This document shows, one piece after another, positions 1 through 12,400 of a stretch of 51,134 nt of DNA (its first letter is position 1; the number at the start of each line of letters is the position of its first letter). The DNA lies in NCBI GenBank assembly GCA_030141605.1, contig JAQGDQ010001264.1, positions 1 to 51,134 of the forward strand, in the 5' to 3' direction. This DNA is from Tubiluchus corallicola (taxonomy: Eukaryota; Animalia; Priapulida). The position numbers and the translations under genes were made by a program. Under the pieces are notes generated by a model. The model made no database searches. It was not told the origin of the DNA and saw nothing but the letters and a program-made list of their open reading frames with translations.

Positions 1-273
1 TGATACAATGAGCGGTAGAATCAACGCCTTCAACATGCGTAGAAAGATTTCACCGGGAAAGCTGAGATACATGATCTGTCTTTTAGTGAGACCTTTGCCA
101 TAGAGACCAGCTCCTAGTGCTATGCCAACAAACATGGAAGCCACTATCAAAATCAAGAGTATGTTTTCCTTCACTACAAAACCTTTCCACCATTTCTCTT
201 TTAGCGGAACTTCTTTCTCATCTTGAGCAAACGGCAAGCGATCGACTCCCTTTGCTTCACTTTCTTTTGTCAT
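1..273 (-). CDS. SLC1A: SLC1/EAAT transporter exon 1, inverted near-identical copy (runs off the left edge of the window)
   Basis: Reverse complement matches 8935-9207 ([15 protein letters not shown]...[20 protein letters not shown]), with CAT at 271-273. Differences seen: GGT/GGA, AAG/AAA, ATA/ATT, GTG/GTC (synonymous) and GCT/ACT (A/T). No stop or frameshift seen. Confidence 0.8.
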   Translation of the reverse strand, partial: MTKESEAKGVDRLPFAQDEKEVPLKEKWWKGFVVKENILLILIVASMFVGIALGAGLYGKGLTKRQIMYLSFPGEIFLRMLKALILPLIVS

Positions 274-1206
274 TTCTGACTTTGCAAGGCAAGATCAGCT
301 CACCAAAGAGAAATACACGTCCAGCGAGCGAAGACAAAAATGATTCCTAATTTTCAATAAATGTAGAAGGCATGTGAGTCGTAACTTGCATTAGATTTAC
401 TTTGCCTGGTACGCAAACATACCTTCGTTTTTCTCTATTGTCAACCAACTTGCATTAGAGACAACCGCTGGAGCGTATAATTTAATTGATAGTGTTAAAC
501 ACTTTCCTATACCAAGGCAGACGGCCATAACATTTCAATGCTGAACAAACAATTTCTGTTTGGGTTTTCTTAACCAAAAAACTGGTTTTTCATTTGTAAT
601 TTCGAGCACAGTAATTCAAATTTCTTGCTGTAATCCATCATGCAAACTTTGTAGTTTAAGTTTTAGGGATTCAGCCTCAAAAGTAAAGCCGCAACCATCA
701 GTTGTTGATGTTTCCACAGATCATTTCATGAGGATAACCAAAAGACTCAAACCACATTCAACAATTCACCAAACTTTTCTTTTTTGATAAAAATGTGATA
801 TCTATGAGAGTTTCTGACGTGCTGGTGACAATTATACTAATGACGATGCTGTGCTGATGATGATGATGATGATGATGGTCATGATGTTGATGATAATGAT
901 GATGGTGATGATGATGATGATGATGATGATGGCGGTGGTGGTAATGATAATGATGAGGACGATGATGATGATGATGAAGACAAATTAAAAATGATGTTAG
1001 ATGAAAAACGTGTTGCCATTGTTGTTGTAGCTGTTGCAGTTGTTGTTGCAGCAGTTTATGTTGTTGTAGCTGTTTCTGTTGTTGTTGTCATCGTAGACAT
1101 TGCAGTTGCTATTAAGGTTGTAATTGTTGCAGTTCCTGTTGTTGCTGTAGCTGTTGCAGTTGTTGTTGTAGCTGTTGCAGTTGCTGCACTTGTTGTTGTA
1201 CCTGTT
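1..1206 (-). repeat. Left arm of an inverted segmental duplication (partner ~8004-9207)
   Basis: Colinear reverse-complement match over exon 1, the upstream unique DNA, the (GAT)n tract and part of the GTT/GCT low-complexity tract. Only scattered substitutions and small indels. Confidence 0.93.
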
Positions 1207-1282
1207 GTTGTCTATAAAGTAGAAGATAAACTTGTTGTCTATAAAGTAGAAGATAAACTGCCTGTTCTGACTTTTCTTTCAG

Positions 1283-1417
1283 CATAACAGCAACAGCAGC
1301 TAGTGTAGGTGCAGCTGGGATACCACAAGCTGGGTTGGTTACCATGTACATGGTTCTCACAGCTGTTGGACTGCCTGTGACAGACATATCGCTAATTCTC
1401 TCTGTAGACTGGCTCTT
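1283..1417 (+). CDS. SLC1A: SLC1/EAAT paralog A, penultimate exon (HP2 to start of TM8)
   Basis: ctttcag|CATAACA...CTCTT|gtaagt; 135 nt, phase 2-2; [44 protein letters not shown]. Same size and phase as 20101-20235. Confidence 0.9.
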
Positions 1418-1769
1418 GTAAGTATAAAGCTGAGAAATGACAGATTTAAACTGAATGCTCTGAAGTTGAAATGTGTAATCAAAATTTGCCAGATTATCCG
1501 TTGGCTATCAAATGATTTTCATAGAATTTATTTTGGTAAATCAACTTGTCTTGTGAAAAATAGGAAAATGGCTTAAAGCAAAGCAGCTACGTTGCTCTGT
1601 GATTTTTAATGCAAGGCTGCGACATTCTGAAAAAAATATTCTAAACCGGAGACAAAATGACATTAATCGTTTTCAATAATTATTTTGATAGATAAGGATA
1701 TATTTATGAAGTGTAGGGAAGTGGCACAAACTTTCGAGTAACACATAACATTGACAATGCGTCTGCTAC

Positions 1770-2585
1770 AAGTATAGCACACTAAAAACATCAACAATAC
1801 ATCTGCCGCAGCTTTGGCACACTACAAACATCAACAATACTTCTATCACAAATATGGCACACTAAAAACATCAACAATACATCTGCCGCAGCTTTGGCAA
1901 ACTACAAACACCAACAATACTTCTATCACAACTATGGCACACTAAAAACATCAACAATACATCTGCCGCAGCTTTGGCACACTACAAACATCAACAATAC
2001 TTCTATCACAACTATGGCACACTAAAAACATTAACGATACATCTGCCGCAGCTTTGGCACACTACAAACATCAACAATACTTCTATCACAACTATGGCGC
2101 CCTACAAACATTAACGATACATCTGCCGCAGCTTTGGCACACTACAAACATCAACAATACTTCTATCACAACTATGGCACACTATAAACATTAATGATAC
2201 ATCTACCGCAGCTTTGGCACACTACAAACATCAACAATACTTCTATCACAACTATGGCACACTATAAACATTAACGATATATCTGCCGCAGCTTTGGCAC
2301 ACTACAAACATCAACAATACTTCTATCACATGTATGGTACACTACAAACATTAACGATGTATCTGTCACAACTATGGCACACTACAAACATTAACGATGT
2401 ATCTGTCACAACTATGGCACACTACAAACATTAACGATGTATCTGTCACAACTATGGCACACTACAAACATTAACGATGTATCTGTCACAACTATGGCAC
2501 ACTACAAACATTAACGATGTATCTGTCACAACTATGGCACACTACACAATAACAACACATTTGTCACAACTATGGTAAAGTACAA
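1770..2585. repeat. 40-bp minisatellite (~20 copies), partly an 80-bp dimer
   Basis: Unit approx. actacaaacatcaacaatacttctatcacaactatggcac; starts at 1781, 1821, 1861... Confidence 0.92.
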
Positions 2586-2671
2586 CTGTGACGACCTATT
2601 TAATAGGTACGTCGATCCAAATTTATTTTGAATCACACTGATAACAAATAAACGTGGTTTGTTATATTTAG

Positions 2672-2903
2672 GGACAGATTCAGAACAGCTGTGAACGTCT
2701 GGGGCGATTCAGTAGGTGCCGGTGTCGTGGAACATCTTGTACGGGACAGTCTTCCTCCAGAAGATGACCACAATGATGTCGTCAACAGATCACGCACTGC
2801 ATCAAATGGCGATATTATTCGAGATTACAACTACCTAAAAATGCATCCCGGTTATGACAATTCTGTCATTTTGACAGAAAAGGAAATGGTCACTCCAATG
2901 TAG
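2672..2903 (+). CDS. SLC1A: SLC1/EAAT paralog A, terminal exon (TM8 and C-terminal tail)
   Basis: tatttag|GGACAGA; [22 protein letters not shown]...EMVTPM, TAG ends at 2903; AATAAA at 3225. Confidence 0.9.
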
Positions 2904-3759
2904 ATAACAGAAAATCTTAAAAGCTAAAACTATAAATAGTCAACTTTTTGTACTGAGGTTAGTTGACCGCCTGCTACGAGTGGTTTAAATTCTGGAGAAT
3001 CGTCATTTGTGATCTACAAGAGATGGAATTATTCATTGATGATGATGGTGATGATGATGATGGTGGTGTGGTGGTGGTGATGGTGACAATGATGGTAATG
3101 ATAATGCGTGATTATGTGTAAATTATGTTTACGCGTGTGATTGTAAATTTTTTAATAGAAACTTAATAGGGACTTTTAATAGGAATTTTTTCTAATCAAC
3201 TACAGAATATTTTTGTAAAAGCACAATAAAAAGTCACACTCTTATGGGTGATAAAGCTTTGCACAATCAGATAGCAGATGTGATAGAACATGTGGAAGAA
3301 TCTGAATAAGGTTCTAAAATACTGCGAAACCCATAATGAAGTTTCAGTCCAATGCAAGGCTGGATTATCATACAGGCTGATGTAGATTGGAGCACAGGGT
3401 CCCTCAAGCTTGGGCAATTTGCTGTGACCAATAAACAATTCCTCTCGAACATTTGTTTATTCTAGCTAATTTAAAGAATTTGCAATGGCTTGCACTACGT
3501 AAATGTTATTTAAAATATACCACGAGTAAAAATATTCATTATGGGTGAGGGGGAGTTAGAGGGTGACTACGCTGAATGGGGGTCCCATAATTTCATTAGT
3601 CTAGGAGCCCAAAGGGTTATAATCAGGCCCTGGTGACAATGTATTGCACAATTATTTGACAATCAGAAAGCTTTTGTGATATGGGATATGATAGAAACTG
3701 AAGAAGCTGTTGAGATACTTTGAATAAATATGTCCTGAGCTAGTTTATAACAAATAATA

Positions 3760-4045
3760 CAGTAAGTCTTCGCTTAACGACGCTAATACGTTCCAGCAAA
3801 ACTTGACATTATGCAAAAAGTCGTTAAACAAAACCAAGACTTCCGTAGAAAGTAATGTAAAAGAATTGAGATACGTTCCAGAGGCAAAATTCAATGCTGC
3901 TTAAATCATATAAATTAAACGTTTTATGAGTTTCTTTATGAGTACTACTAATGAATTTCTTTCTGCTTACTTAAACGGTGTCAAATGTTCAACTTCACTA
4001 AACGAAGCATCGCTAAATTGGGAGTTGTTAAACGAGGACTCACTG
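3760..4045. mobile_element. pogo/Tigger-like MITE
   Basis: TA-CAGTAAGTCTTCGCTTAACGAC ... GTTGTTAAACGAGGACTCACTG-TA: imperfect TIRs and TA TSD. Confidence 0.8.
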
Positions 4046-4336
4046 TAGTGGTATTTCTTAAACAAAAGTGCTCTACATACTTATCTCATTGCTATTGTAT
4101 CTGTATTCACTATTAGTGCTGTCATTTCCAGAAGATGATCTTCATAAACGTTTTGAAAATGTCCACATTTTTCACTACAGAGCACACCTTTATAATTAGA
4201 CATACTTTATTAATCGCACTTGAATCTCTTTTACCAAAGTGACTGTATTTCATTGCAGTGTATTGTACACAGGACAAATGTTAGTCATTCTCTAGGCCTA
4301 GGCCTATTTTTCACTTGGAATTCACCGTATAATATA

Positions 4337-5059
4337 CAGGGTGTCTATAAAGTCTCTTTGCAGGTTTAAACATTTATTACAAAGGCTGTTGACAAGATTT
4401 TTTAACTAGATTTGTTCTAATGTAATCAGTGGTTGTCAAAGTTTTTTTAACTCATTTAATACACCTCTATATGGGCACCATTAGTTGCACGAAGCACATC
4501 AAGACGGTACTTGATTTCTTGCCATGAGCATAGCCTCATCAATGGTGGCGATGGCATCAGAAATCCTTTGCTTCAAGTCAGTAATGTCCCGTATCTTTGT
4601 TCGACACACGATGTCTTTCACATAACCCCATGTATCTCTTCCATACTTAGTTCTGTAGTTTCGTCATAGCCTCATCAATGGTGGCGATGGCATCAGAAAT
4701 CCGTCCTTTGCTTCAAGTCACTATTGTCCCGTATCTTTGTTCGATACATGATGTCTTTCACATAACCCCATGGATCTCTTCCATACTTAGTTCTGTAGTT
4801 TCGCTGAGTTTCGCACATACGATTTTGTCTCAATAAACCATGATACACGCTGTGCCTTCTCTTGAGGGGTACCCATTTTTTTGGGGTTTCAGTTAACAAT
4901 ACCCTTCTACCAACAGGAGACCTACATAAAACACAAAATTCAATGTGATCTCAAACTTAAATAATCACTGAATAAAACAAAACAAATCTGTTAAGATATC
5001 TTGTCAACTGCCTTTGTAATAATTTTTTAAAATTGTAAAGAGACTTTATAGACACCCTA
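4337..5059 (-). mobile_element. Internally deleted Tc1/mariner-superfamily transposon
   Basis: TIRs CAGGGTGTCTATAAAGTCTCTTT / AAAGAGACTTTATAGACACCCTA, flanked by TA. The minus strand keeps a transposase N-terminus (MGTPQEKAQ..SWFIETKS..QRNYRTKYGRDP) joined to the C-terminus (WGYVKDI..TKIRDITDLKQRISDAIATIDEAM..DVLRATNGAHIEVY*). Confidence 0.88.
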
Positions 5060-5248
5060 TATATGTGTGTGTGTGCGTGTGTGTGTGTGTGTGTGTGCGT
5101 GAGTGCGTGCGTGCGTGTGTTTATTTAATGATTCGTCATGAGCTTGATTGGTTTTCTTGTACGCTTGCATGAATATGGTTCATATTTACTGCTATATCTT
5201 GTGGTTTTATGACTCTATCAGATACGTATTCACACAGCTTGCAATAAT

Positions 5249-5717
5249 AAGCCCTTTCACAGTTTCAGCGATTGATAATGATCCTGAAAAGGTCAAAGGT
5301 TAACTGTACCAGACAATGCATGTGTGTACACTTGACAACACCTCGCAGCTCACGCTATTGTAATAGTAACATGTTAACAACTAGCTAGAATCTTACCTAG
5401 TTCATCTTTTCTTGTTCCCAAGCAAATTCTGCTAGTAAATCACCCTACGCACACGCTAATTCCTAATCAAGTAAAGTCCATGTAAAACAACTGAAGTCAC
5501 TGAACTGATGCGGCAGATAGTTTTGCTTTATCTTGCTCTCAAGCAAGAACCTACTAGTAAATCACTCTACATACAGACTAATGCATAATTAAGAACTGAT
5601 CCTTTACCTTACACGCATGTCACGTAATGGTTGTAATTAAGACGTGTTGCTAGCTACACTTAACCTCTGACCTACATCAACTGCGCGTGCCTACAACGAA
5701 ACCGTAAAAAGTCTTAT
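5249..5717 (+). mobile_element. MITE family H, copy 1 (others at 20309-20692 and 22811-23568)
   Basis: Termini resemble AAGCCTTTTCACAGTTTC / GAAACTGTGAAAAGGCTT; the internal sequence aligns by eye with the two other copies. Confidence 0.7.
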
Positions 5718-6159
5718 TTTGTACGGACACGCCACTCGAAATCGCAAATTTTGGAACACAAATTTTTCTCTTACGTTTTACGAAGACGAGTACAAACACC
5801 AAAGCTGTGTGAAGCCGTGCAAACACGTACGTGTGAAAACGCTTTTGCTATAAAGAGATTGTTTGGAGTTTCTGCAATGTACACCAAAATTGTATATATC
5901 TGTTCCATTAAATTACGTAATAGATGTTTTTAAAAACAGTAGAATTTTCATTGTTGTTAAAACAATGCACAATGTCAGTTAATTAATTCAACTTTATTTG
6001 TTTTCCACATTTAACTGTGACATAGTTTTTATTTTTATGCAATAAAGAGTAACATTATTTTTACTATAAAATGGAGTTAATCTGTGTGAAAATGTCTACT
6101 CATAATTTCCTGAGAATTAATTATTCATGAGTAGGCCTATTAGTAAAATAGAAACAGAA

Positions 6160-7560
6160 ACAACAACAGCAGCTACAGCAGCAATAGCGATAGCAAAAGC
6201 AACAACAATTACAGCAGCAATAGCAATAGCAAAAACAACAACAATTACAGCAGCAATAGCAATAGCAAAAACAACAACAATTACAGCAGCAATAGCAAAA
6301 ACAACAACAATTAAAGCAGCAATAGCAATAGCAAAAACAACAACAATTACAGCAGCAATAGCAAAAACAACAACAATTACAGCAGCAATAGCAAAAACAA
6401 CAACAATTACAGCAGCAATAGCAAAAACAACAACAATTACAGCAGGAATAGCAATAGCAAAAACAACAACAATTACAGCAGCAATAGCAAAAACAACAAC
6501 AATTACAGCAGCAATAGCAAAAACAACAACAATTACAGCAGCAATAGCAAAAACAACAACAATTACAGCAGCAATAGCAAAAACAACAACAATTACAGCA
6601 GCAATAGCAAAAACAACAACAATTACAGCAGCAATAGCAATAGCAAAAACAACAACAATTACAGCAGCAATAGCAAAAACAACAACAATTACAGCAGCAA
6701 TAGCAATAGCAAAAACAACAACAATTACAGCAGCAATAGCAAAAACAACAACAATTACAGCAGCAATAGCAAAAACAACAACAAGTACAGCAGCAATAGC
6801 GAGAAAGCAACAAAATTCGCAGCAATAGCAAAAACAACAACAATTACAGCAGCAATAGCAATAGCAAAAACAACAACAATTACAGCAGCAATAGCAAAAA
6901 CAACAACAATTACAGCAGCAATAGCAATAGCAAAAACAACAACAATTACAGCAGCAATAGCAAAAACAACAACAATTACAGCAGCAATAGCAAAAACAAC
7001 AACAATTACAGCAGCAATAGCAAAAACAACAACAATTACAGCAGCAATAGCAAAAACAACAACAATTACAGCAGCAATAGCAATGAAACAACAACAATTA
7101 CAGCAGCAATAGCAAAAACAACAACAATTACAGCAGCAATAGCAATAGAAAAACAACAACAATTACAGCAGCGATAGCAAAAGCAACAACAATTACAGCA
7201 GCAATAGCAATAGCAAAAACAACAACAATTACAGCAGCAATAGCAATAGCAAAAACAACAACAATTACAGCAGCAATAGCAAAAACAACAACAATTACAG
7301 CAGCAATAGCAATAGCAAAAACAACAACAATTACAGCAGCAATAGCAAAAACAACAACAATTACAGCAGCAATAGCAAAAACAACAACAATTACAGCAGC
7401 AATAGCAAAAACAACAACAATTACAGCAGCAATAGCAAAAACAACAACAATTACAGCAGCAATAGCAAAAACAACAACAATTACAGCAGCAATAGCAAAA
7501 ACAACAACAATTACAGCAGCAATAGCAAAAACAACAACAATTACAGCAGCAATAGCTATC
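6160..7560. repeat. 30/36-bp minisatellite
   Basis: Unit gcaatagcaaaaacaacaacaattacagca with an optional extra gcaata. Confidence 0.93.
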
Positions 7561-8360
7561 GCAACAACTCTGTCAAAAAACGGCAGCAGCAACAGCGGCA
7601 ATGACGACAATGTTGACAACTGCAACAGCAACAACCGCAACAGTAACATCAAGAGCAGCAGCAACGACAACAATGACGGCAACGACAACTGCAACAAGCA
7701 CAATGGCAACAGCAAGAACAACAACAGCAGAAAACCAGCAGCAACACATTGACAACAATACATCTAGTATGCATTAACAAAACCAGTAGTAGCAACAATA
7801 ACAGCAACTGCAACAGCTGCTACAACAACAGCTGCAACAGCTACAGCAACAACAGGAACTGCAACAGTTACAACCTCAACAGCAACTGCAACAGCTACGA
7901 TGGCAACAGCAACTGTAACGGCTACGACAACAACTACAGCAGCTGCAACAGCAACTGCAATAGCTACAATAACTGCAGCAAGAACTGCAACAGCTACAAC
8001 AAAAACAGGTACAACAACAAGTGCAGCAACTGCAACAGCTACAACAACAACTGCAACAGCTACAGCAACAACAGGAACTGCAACAATTACAACCTTAATA
8101 GCAACTGCAATGTCTACGATGACAACAACAACAGAAACAGCTACAACAACATAAACTGCTGCAACAACAACTGCAACAGCTACAACAACAATGGCAACAC
8201 GTTTTTCATCTAACATCATTTTTAATTTGTCTTCATCATCATCATCATCATCATCGTCCTCATCATTATCATTACCACCACCGCCATCATCATCATCATC
8301 ATCATCACCATCATCATTATCATCAACATCATGACCATCATCATCATCATCATCAGCACA
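7560..8360. repeat. CAA/CAG-rich low-complexity tract followed by (CAT)n
   Basis: Degenerate trinucleotide repeats visible directly. Confidence 0.85.
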
Positions 8361-9207
8361 GCATCGTCATTAGTATAATTGTCACCAGCACGTCAGAAAC
8401 TCTCATAGATATCACATTTTTATCAAAAAAGAAAAGTTTGGTGAATTGTTGAATGTGGTTTGAGTCTTTTGGTTATCTCGTGAAATGATCTGTGGAAACA
8501 TCAACAACTGATGGTTGCGGCTTTACATTTGAGATGGATTCCTAAAACTTGAACTACAAAGTTTGCATGATGGATTACAGCAAGAAATTTGAATTACTGT
8601 GTTCGAAATTACAAATGAAAAACCAGTTTTTTGGTTAAGAAAACCCAAACAGAAATTGTTTGTTCAGCATTGAAATGCTATGGCCGTCTGCCTTGGTATA
8701 GGAAAGTGTTTAACACTATCAATTAAATTATACGCTCCAGCGGTTGTCTCTAATGCAAGTTGGTTGACAATAGAGAAAAACGAAGGTATGTTTGCGTACT
8801 AGGCAAAGTAAATCTAATGCAAGTTACGACTCACATGCCTTCTACATTTATTGAAAATTAGGAATCATTTTTTTCTTCGCTCGCTGGACGTGTATTTCTC
8901 TTTGGTGAGCTGATCTTGCCTTGCAAAGTCAGAAATGACAAAAGAAAGTGAAGCAAAGGGAGTCGATCGCTTGCCGTTTGCTCAAGATGAGAAAGAAGTT
9001 CCGCTAAAAGAGAAATGGTGGAAAGGTTTTGTAGTGAAAGAAAACATTCTCTTGATTTTGATAGTCACTTCCATGTTTGTTGGCATAGCACTAGGAGCTG
9101 GTCTCTATGGCAAAGGTCTCACTAAAAGACAGATCATGTATCTCAGCTTTCCCGGAGAAATCTTTCTACGCATGTTGAAGGCGTTGATTCTACCGCTCAT
9201 TGTATCA
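8004..9207 (+). repeat. Right arm of the inverted segmental duplication (partner 1-1206; may extend further right)
   Basis: Position 9207 pairs with position 1, and the ATG at 8935 pairs with 273. Confidence 0.9.
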
Positions 9208-9471
9208 AGTTTAATATCTGGTTTAGCAGCCTTGGATGCCAAACTTTCTGGACGCATGGGGTGGGTGACAGTGGTGTATTACATGTCCACTACTGTCCTT
9301 GCTGTGTTTCTTGGGATTGCTTTGGTTTATGCCATCAAGCCCGGTTACTATGGAGCTGCAGATGATGATGAAGGAAAGGGCGGTTCGAAACCCACGACGG
9401 TTGCTGACACTTTTCTGGATTTAATTAGGAGTATGTTCCCTGCAAACCTGGTAGGCGCATGCGTAGAAAAG
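8935..9471 (+). CDS. SLC1A: SLC1 paralog B exon 1
   Basis: ATG...GAAAAG|gtgagc; 179 codons covering TM1 to TM4a/b. Confidence 0.93.
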
Positions 9472-12400
9472 GTGAGCTATCTTATCTTTTACTTTTTATT
9501 TGCAAACGTTACACTGCCGTGCAGATGAAGCATTGTAAGTACAGTTTATTTGAGGAAAAACAATTAAAGTTTGCAATTTGTTGCTCCCAAATAGTAATGT
9601 CACTACTTTAGACAGTTCCTAGAGTGCACTGCTCCGCTGTGAGTGATATAGGTCATTTGCTGTTGCAGGACTTGTTCCACTAAGTGTGATATAGGTCATT
9701 TGCTGTTGCAGGACTTGTGCCACTATGAGTGATGTAGGTCATTTGCTGTTGCAGGACTTGTTCCACTATGAGTGATGTAGGTCATTTGCTGTTGCAGGAC
9801 TTGTTCCACTATGAGTGATATAGGTCATTTGCTGTTGCAGGACTTGTTCCACTATGAGTGATGTAGGTCATTTGCTGTTGCAGGACTTGTTCCACTATGA
9901 GTGATATAGGTCATTTGCTGTTGCAGGACTTGTTCCACTAAGTGTGATATAGGTCATTTGCTGTTGCAGGACTTGTTCCACTATGAGTGATATAGGTCAT
10001 TTACTGTTGCAGGGCTTGTGCTACTATGAGTGATATAGGTCATTTACTGTTGCAGGACTTGTTCCACTATGAGTGATATAGGTCATTTGCTGTTGCAGGA
10101 CTTGTTCCACTAAGAGTGATGTAGGTCATTTGCTGTTGCAGGACTTGTGCCACTATGAGTGATGTAGGTCATTTGCTGTTGCAGGACTTGTTCCACTATG
10201 GGTGATGTAGGTCATTTGCTGTTGCAGGACTTGTTCCACAATGGGTGATATAGGTCATTTGCTGTTGCAGGACTTGTTCCACTATGAGTGATATAGGTCA
10301 TTTGCTGTTGCAGGACTTGTTCCACAATGGGTGATATAGGTCATTTGCTGTTGCAGGACTTGTTCCACTATGAGTGATATAGGTCATTTGCTGTTGCAGG
10401 ACTTGTTCCACAATGGGTGATATAGGTCATTTGCTGTTGCAGGACTTGTTCCACTATGAGTGATATAGGTCATTTGCTGTTGCAGGACTTGTTCCACAAT
10501 GGGTGATATAGGTCATTTGCTGTTGCAGGACTTGTTCCACTATGAGTGATATAGGTCATTTGCTGTTGCAGGACTTGTTCCACTATGGGTGATATAGGTC
10601 ATTTGCTGTTGCAGGACTTGTTCCACTAAGAGTGATATAGGTCATTTGCTGTTGCAGGACCTGTTCCACTATGAGTGATATAGGTCATTTGCTGTTGCAG
10701 GACTTGTGCCACTATGAGTGATATAGGTCATTTACTGTTGCAGGACTTGTTCCACTATGAGTGATATAGGTCATTTGCTGTTGCAGGACTTGTGCCACTA
10801 AGAGTGATATAGGTCATTTGCTGTTGCGGGACTTGTTCCACTAAGAGTGATATAGGTCATTTGCTGTTGCAGGACTTGTGCCACTATGAGTGATATAGGT
10901 CATTTGCTGTTGCAAGACTTGTTCCACTAAGTGTGATATAGGTCATTTGCTGTTGCAGGACTTGTTCCACTAAGAGTGATATAGGTCATTTGCTGTTGCA
11001 GGACTTGTGCCACTATGAGTGATATAGGTCATTTGCTGTTGCAAGACTTGTTCCACTAAGTGTGATATAGGTCATTTGCTGTTGCAGGACTTGTTGCATT
11101 AAGAGTGATATTGGTCATTTGCTGTTGCAGAACTTGTTCTACTATGAGTGATATAGGTCATTTGCTGTTGCAGGACTTGTGCCACTATGAGTGATATAGG
11201 TCATTTGCTGTTGCACGACCTGTTCCACTATGAGTGATATAGGTCATTTGCTGTTGCAGGACTTGTTCCACAATGGGTGATATAGGTCATTTGCTGTTGC
11301 AGGACTTGTTCCACAATGGGTGATATAGGTCATTTGCTGTTGCAAGACTTGTTCCACTAAGTGTGATATAGGTCATTTGCTGTTGCAGGACTTGTTCCAC
11401 TAAGAGTGATATAGGTCATTTGCTGTTGCAGGACTTGTGCCACTATGAGTGATATAGGTCATTTGCTGTTGCAAGACTTGTGCCACTATGAGTGATATAG
11501 GTCATTTGCTGTTGCAGGACTTGTTGCATTAAGAGTGATGTTGGTCATTTGCTGTTGCAGAACTTGTTCTACTATGAGTGATATAGGTCATTTGCTGTTG
11601 CAGGACTTGTGCCACTATGAGTGATATAGGTCATTTGCTGTTGCAGACTTGTTCCACTATGAGTGATATAGGGCATTTGCTGTTGCAGGACCTGTGCCAC
11701 TATGAGTGATATAGGTCATTTGCTGTTGCAGGACTTGTTCCACTATGAGTGATATAGGTCATTTGCTGTTGCAGGACTTGTGCCACTATGAGTGATATAG
11801 GTCATTTGCTGTTACAGGATCAACTCTATGGAACAGCCTGCCTATCCACATAAGGACACTTTCGATACTAACACTTTTAAAATACAGTTTTTAAACACAT
11901 TTATTTAAAATAGCATACAATCCTAGAAGTAATCAAAATTTTGATTTGTCGTTTTATGCTTGTATTTTGTGAATCTGAGTATTTGTCCCCAATAGTCCAA
12001 TTCTTTCCACAATGTTTTTGTCTATGCAGGAATCAACTGTGCTCATTCCACCAACCATGAAAGAAGGAAATAAAATGGATGCAGAGGACAGCAGGCAATC
12101 ATCAAGTTTCATCGTTTTAGTAGAAAACTATACGGTCTCAGAACCTGAACCCGAATCACAACCTGAATACATCGGTATGTAAAAGTGTTTACAACAAAGT
12201 CACAATTATTATAACGCCTACTCACTTTTCTCTCTAGGAACTAGTACTATAATTGAGAAAGACTTGTGCTTTTGGAAGCAGTCATTTTGCTTCGCTTTTT
12301 TTCTGTTGCTAAGCCAAGATTTTCGTCTGGAAGAACCATCTACTGAACTTAAACATAACTTCAATGTGTTCTTGCAAAGTCCGTAGCAACCAACATTTGT

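Noticed and set aside
1112-1387. Minus-strand ORF (also 13902-14222 and 20792-21058)
   Set aside because: Antisense shadows of real SLC1 exons.
6117-8219. Long Cys-rich, TAAIAKTTTI or Asn-rich ORFs as mucin-, antifreeze- or metallothionein-like genes
   Set aside because: Open in several frames on both strands because of stop-free 30-bp and trinucleotide repeats; no splice or domain support.
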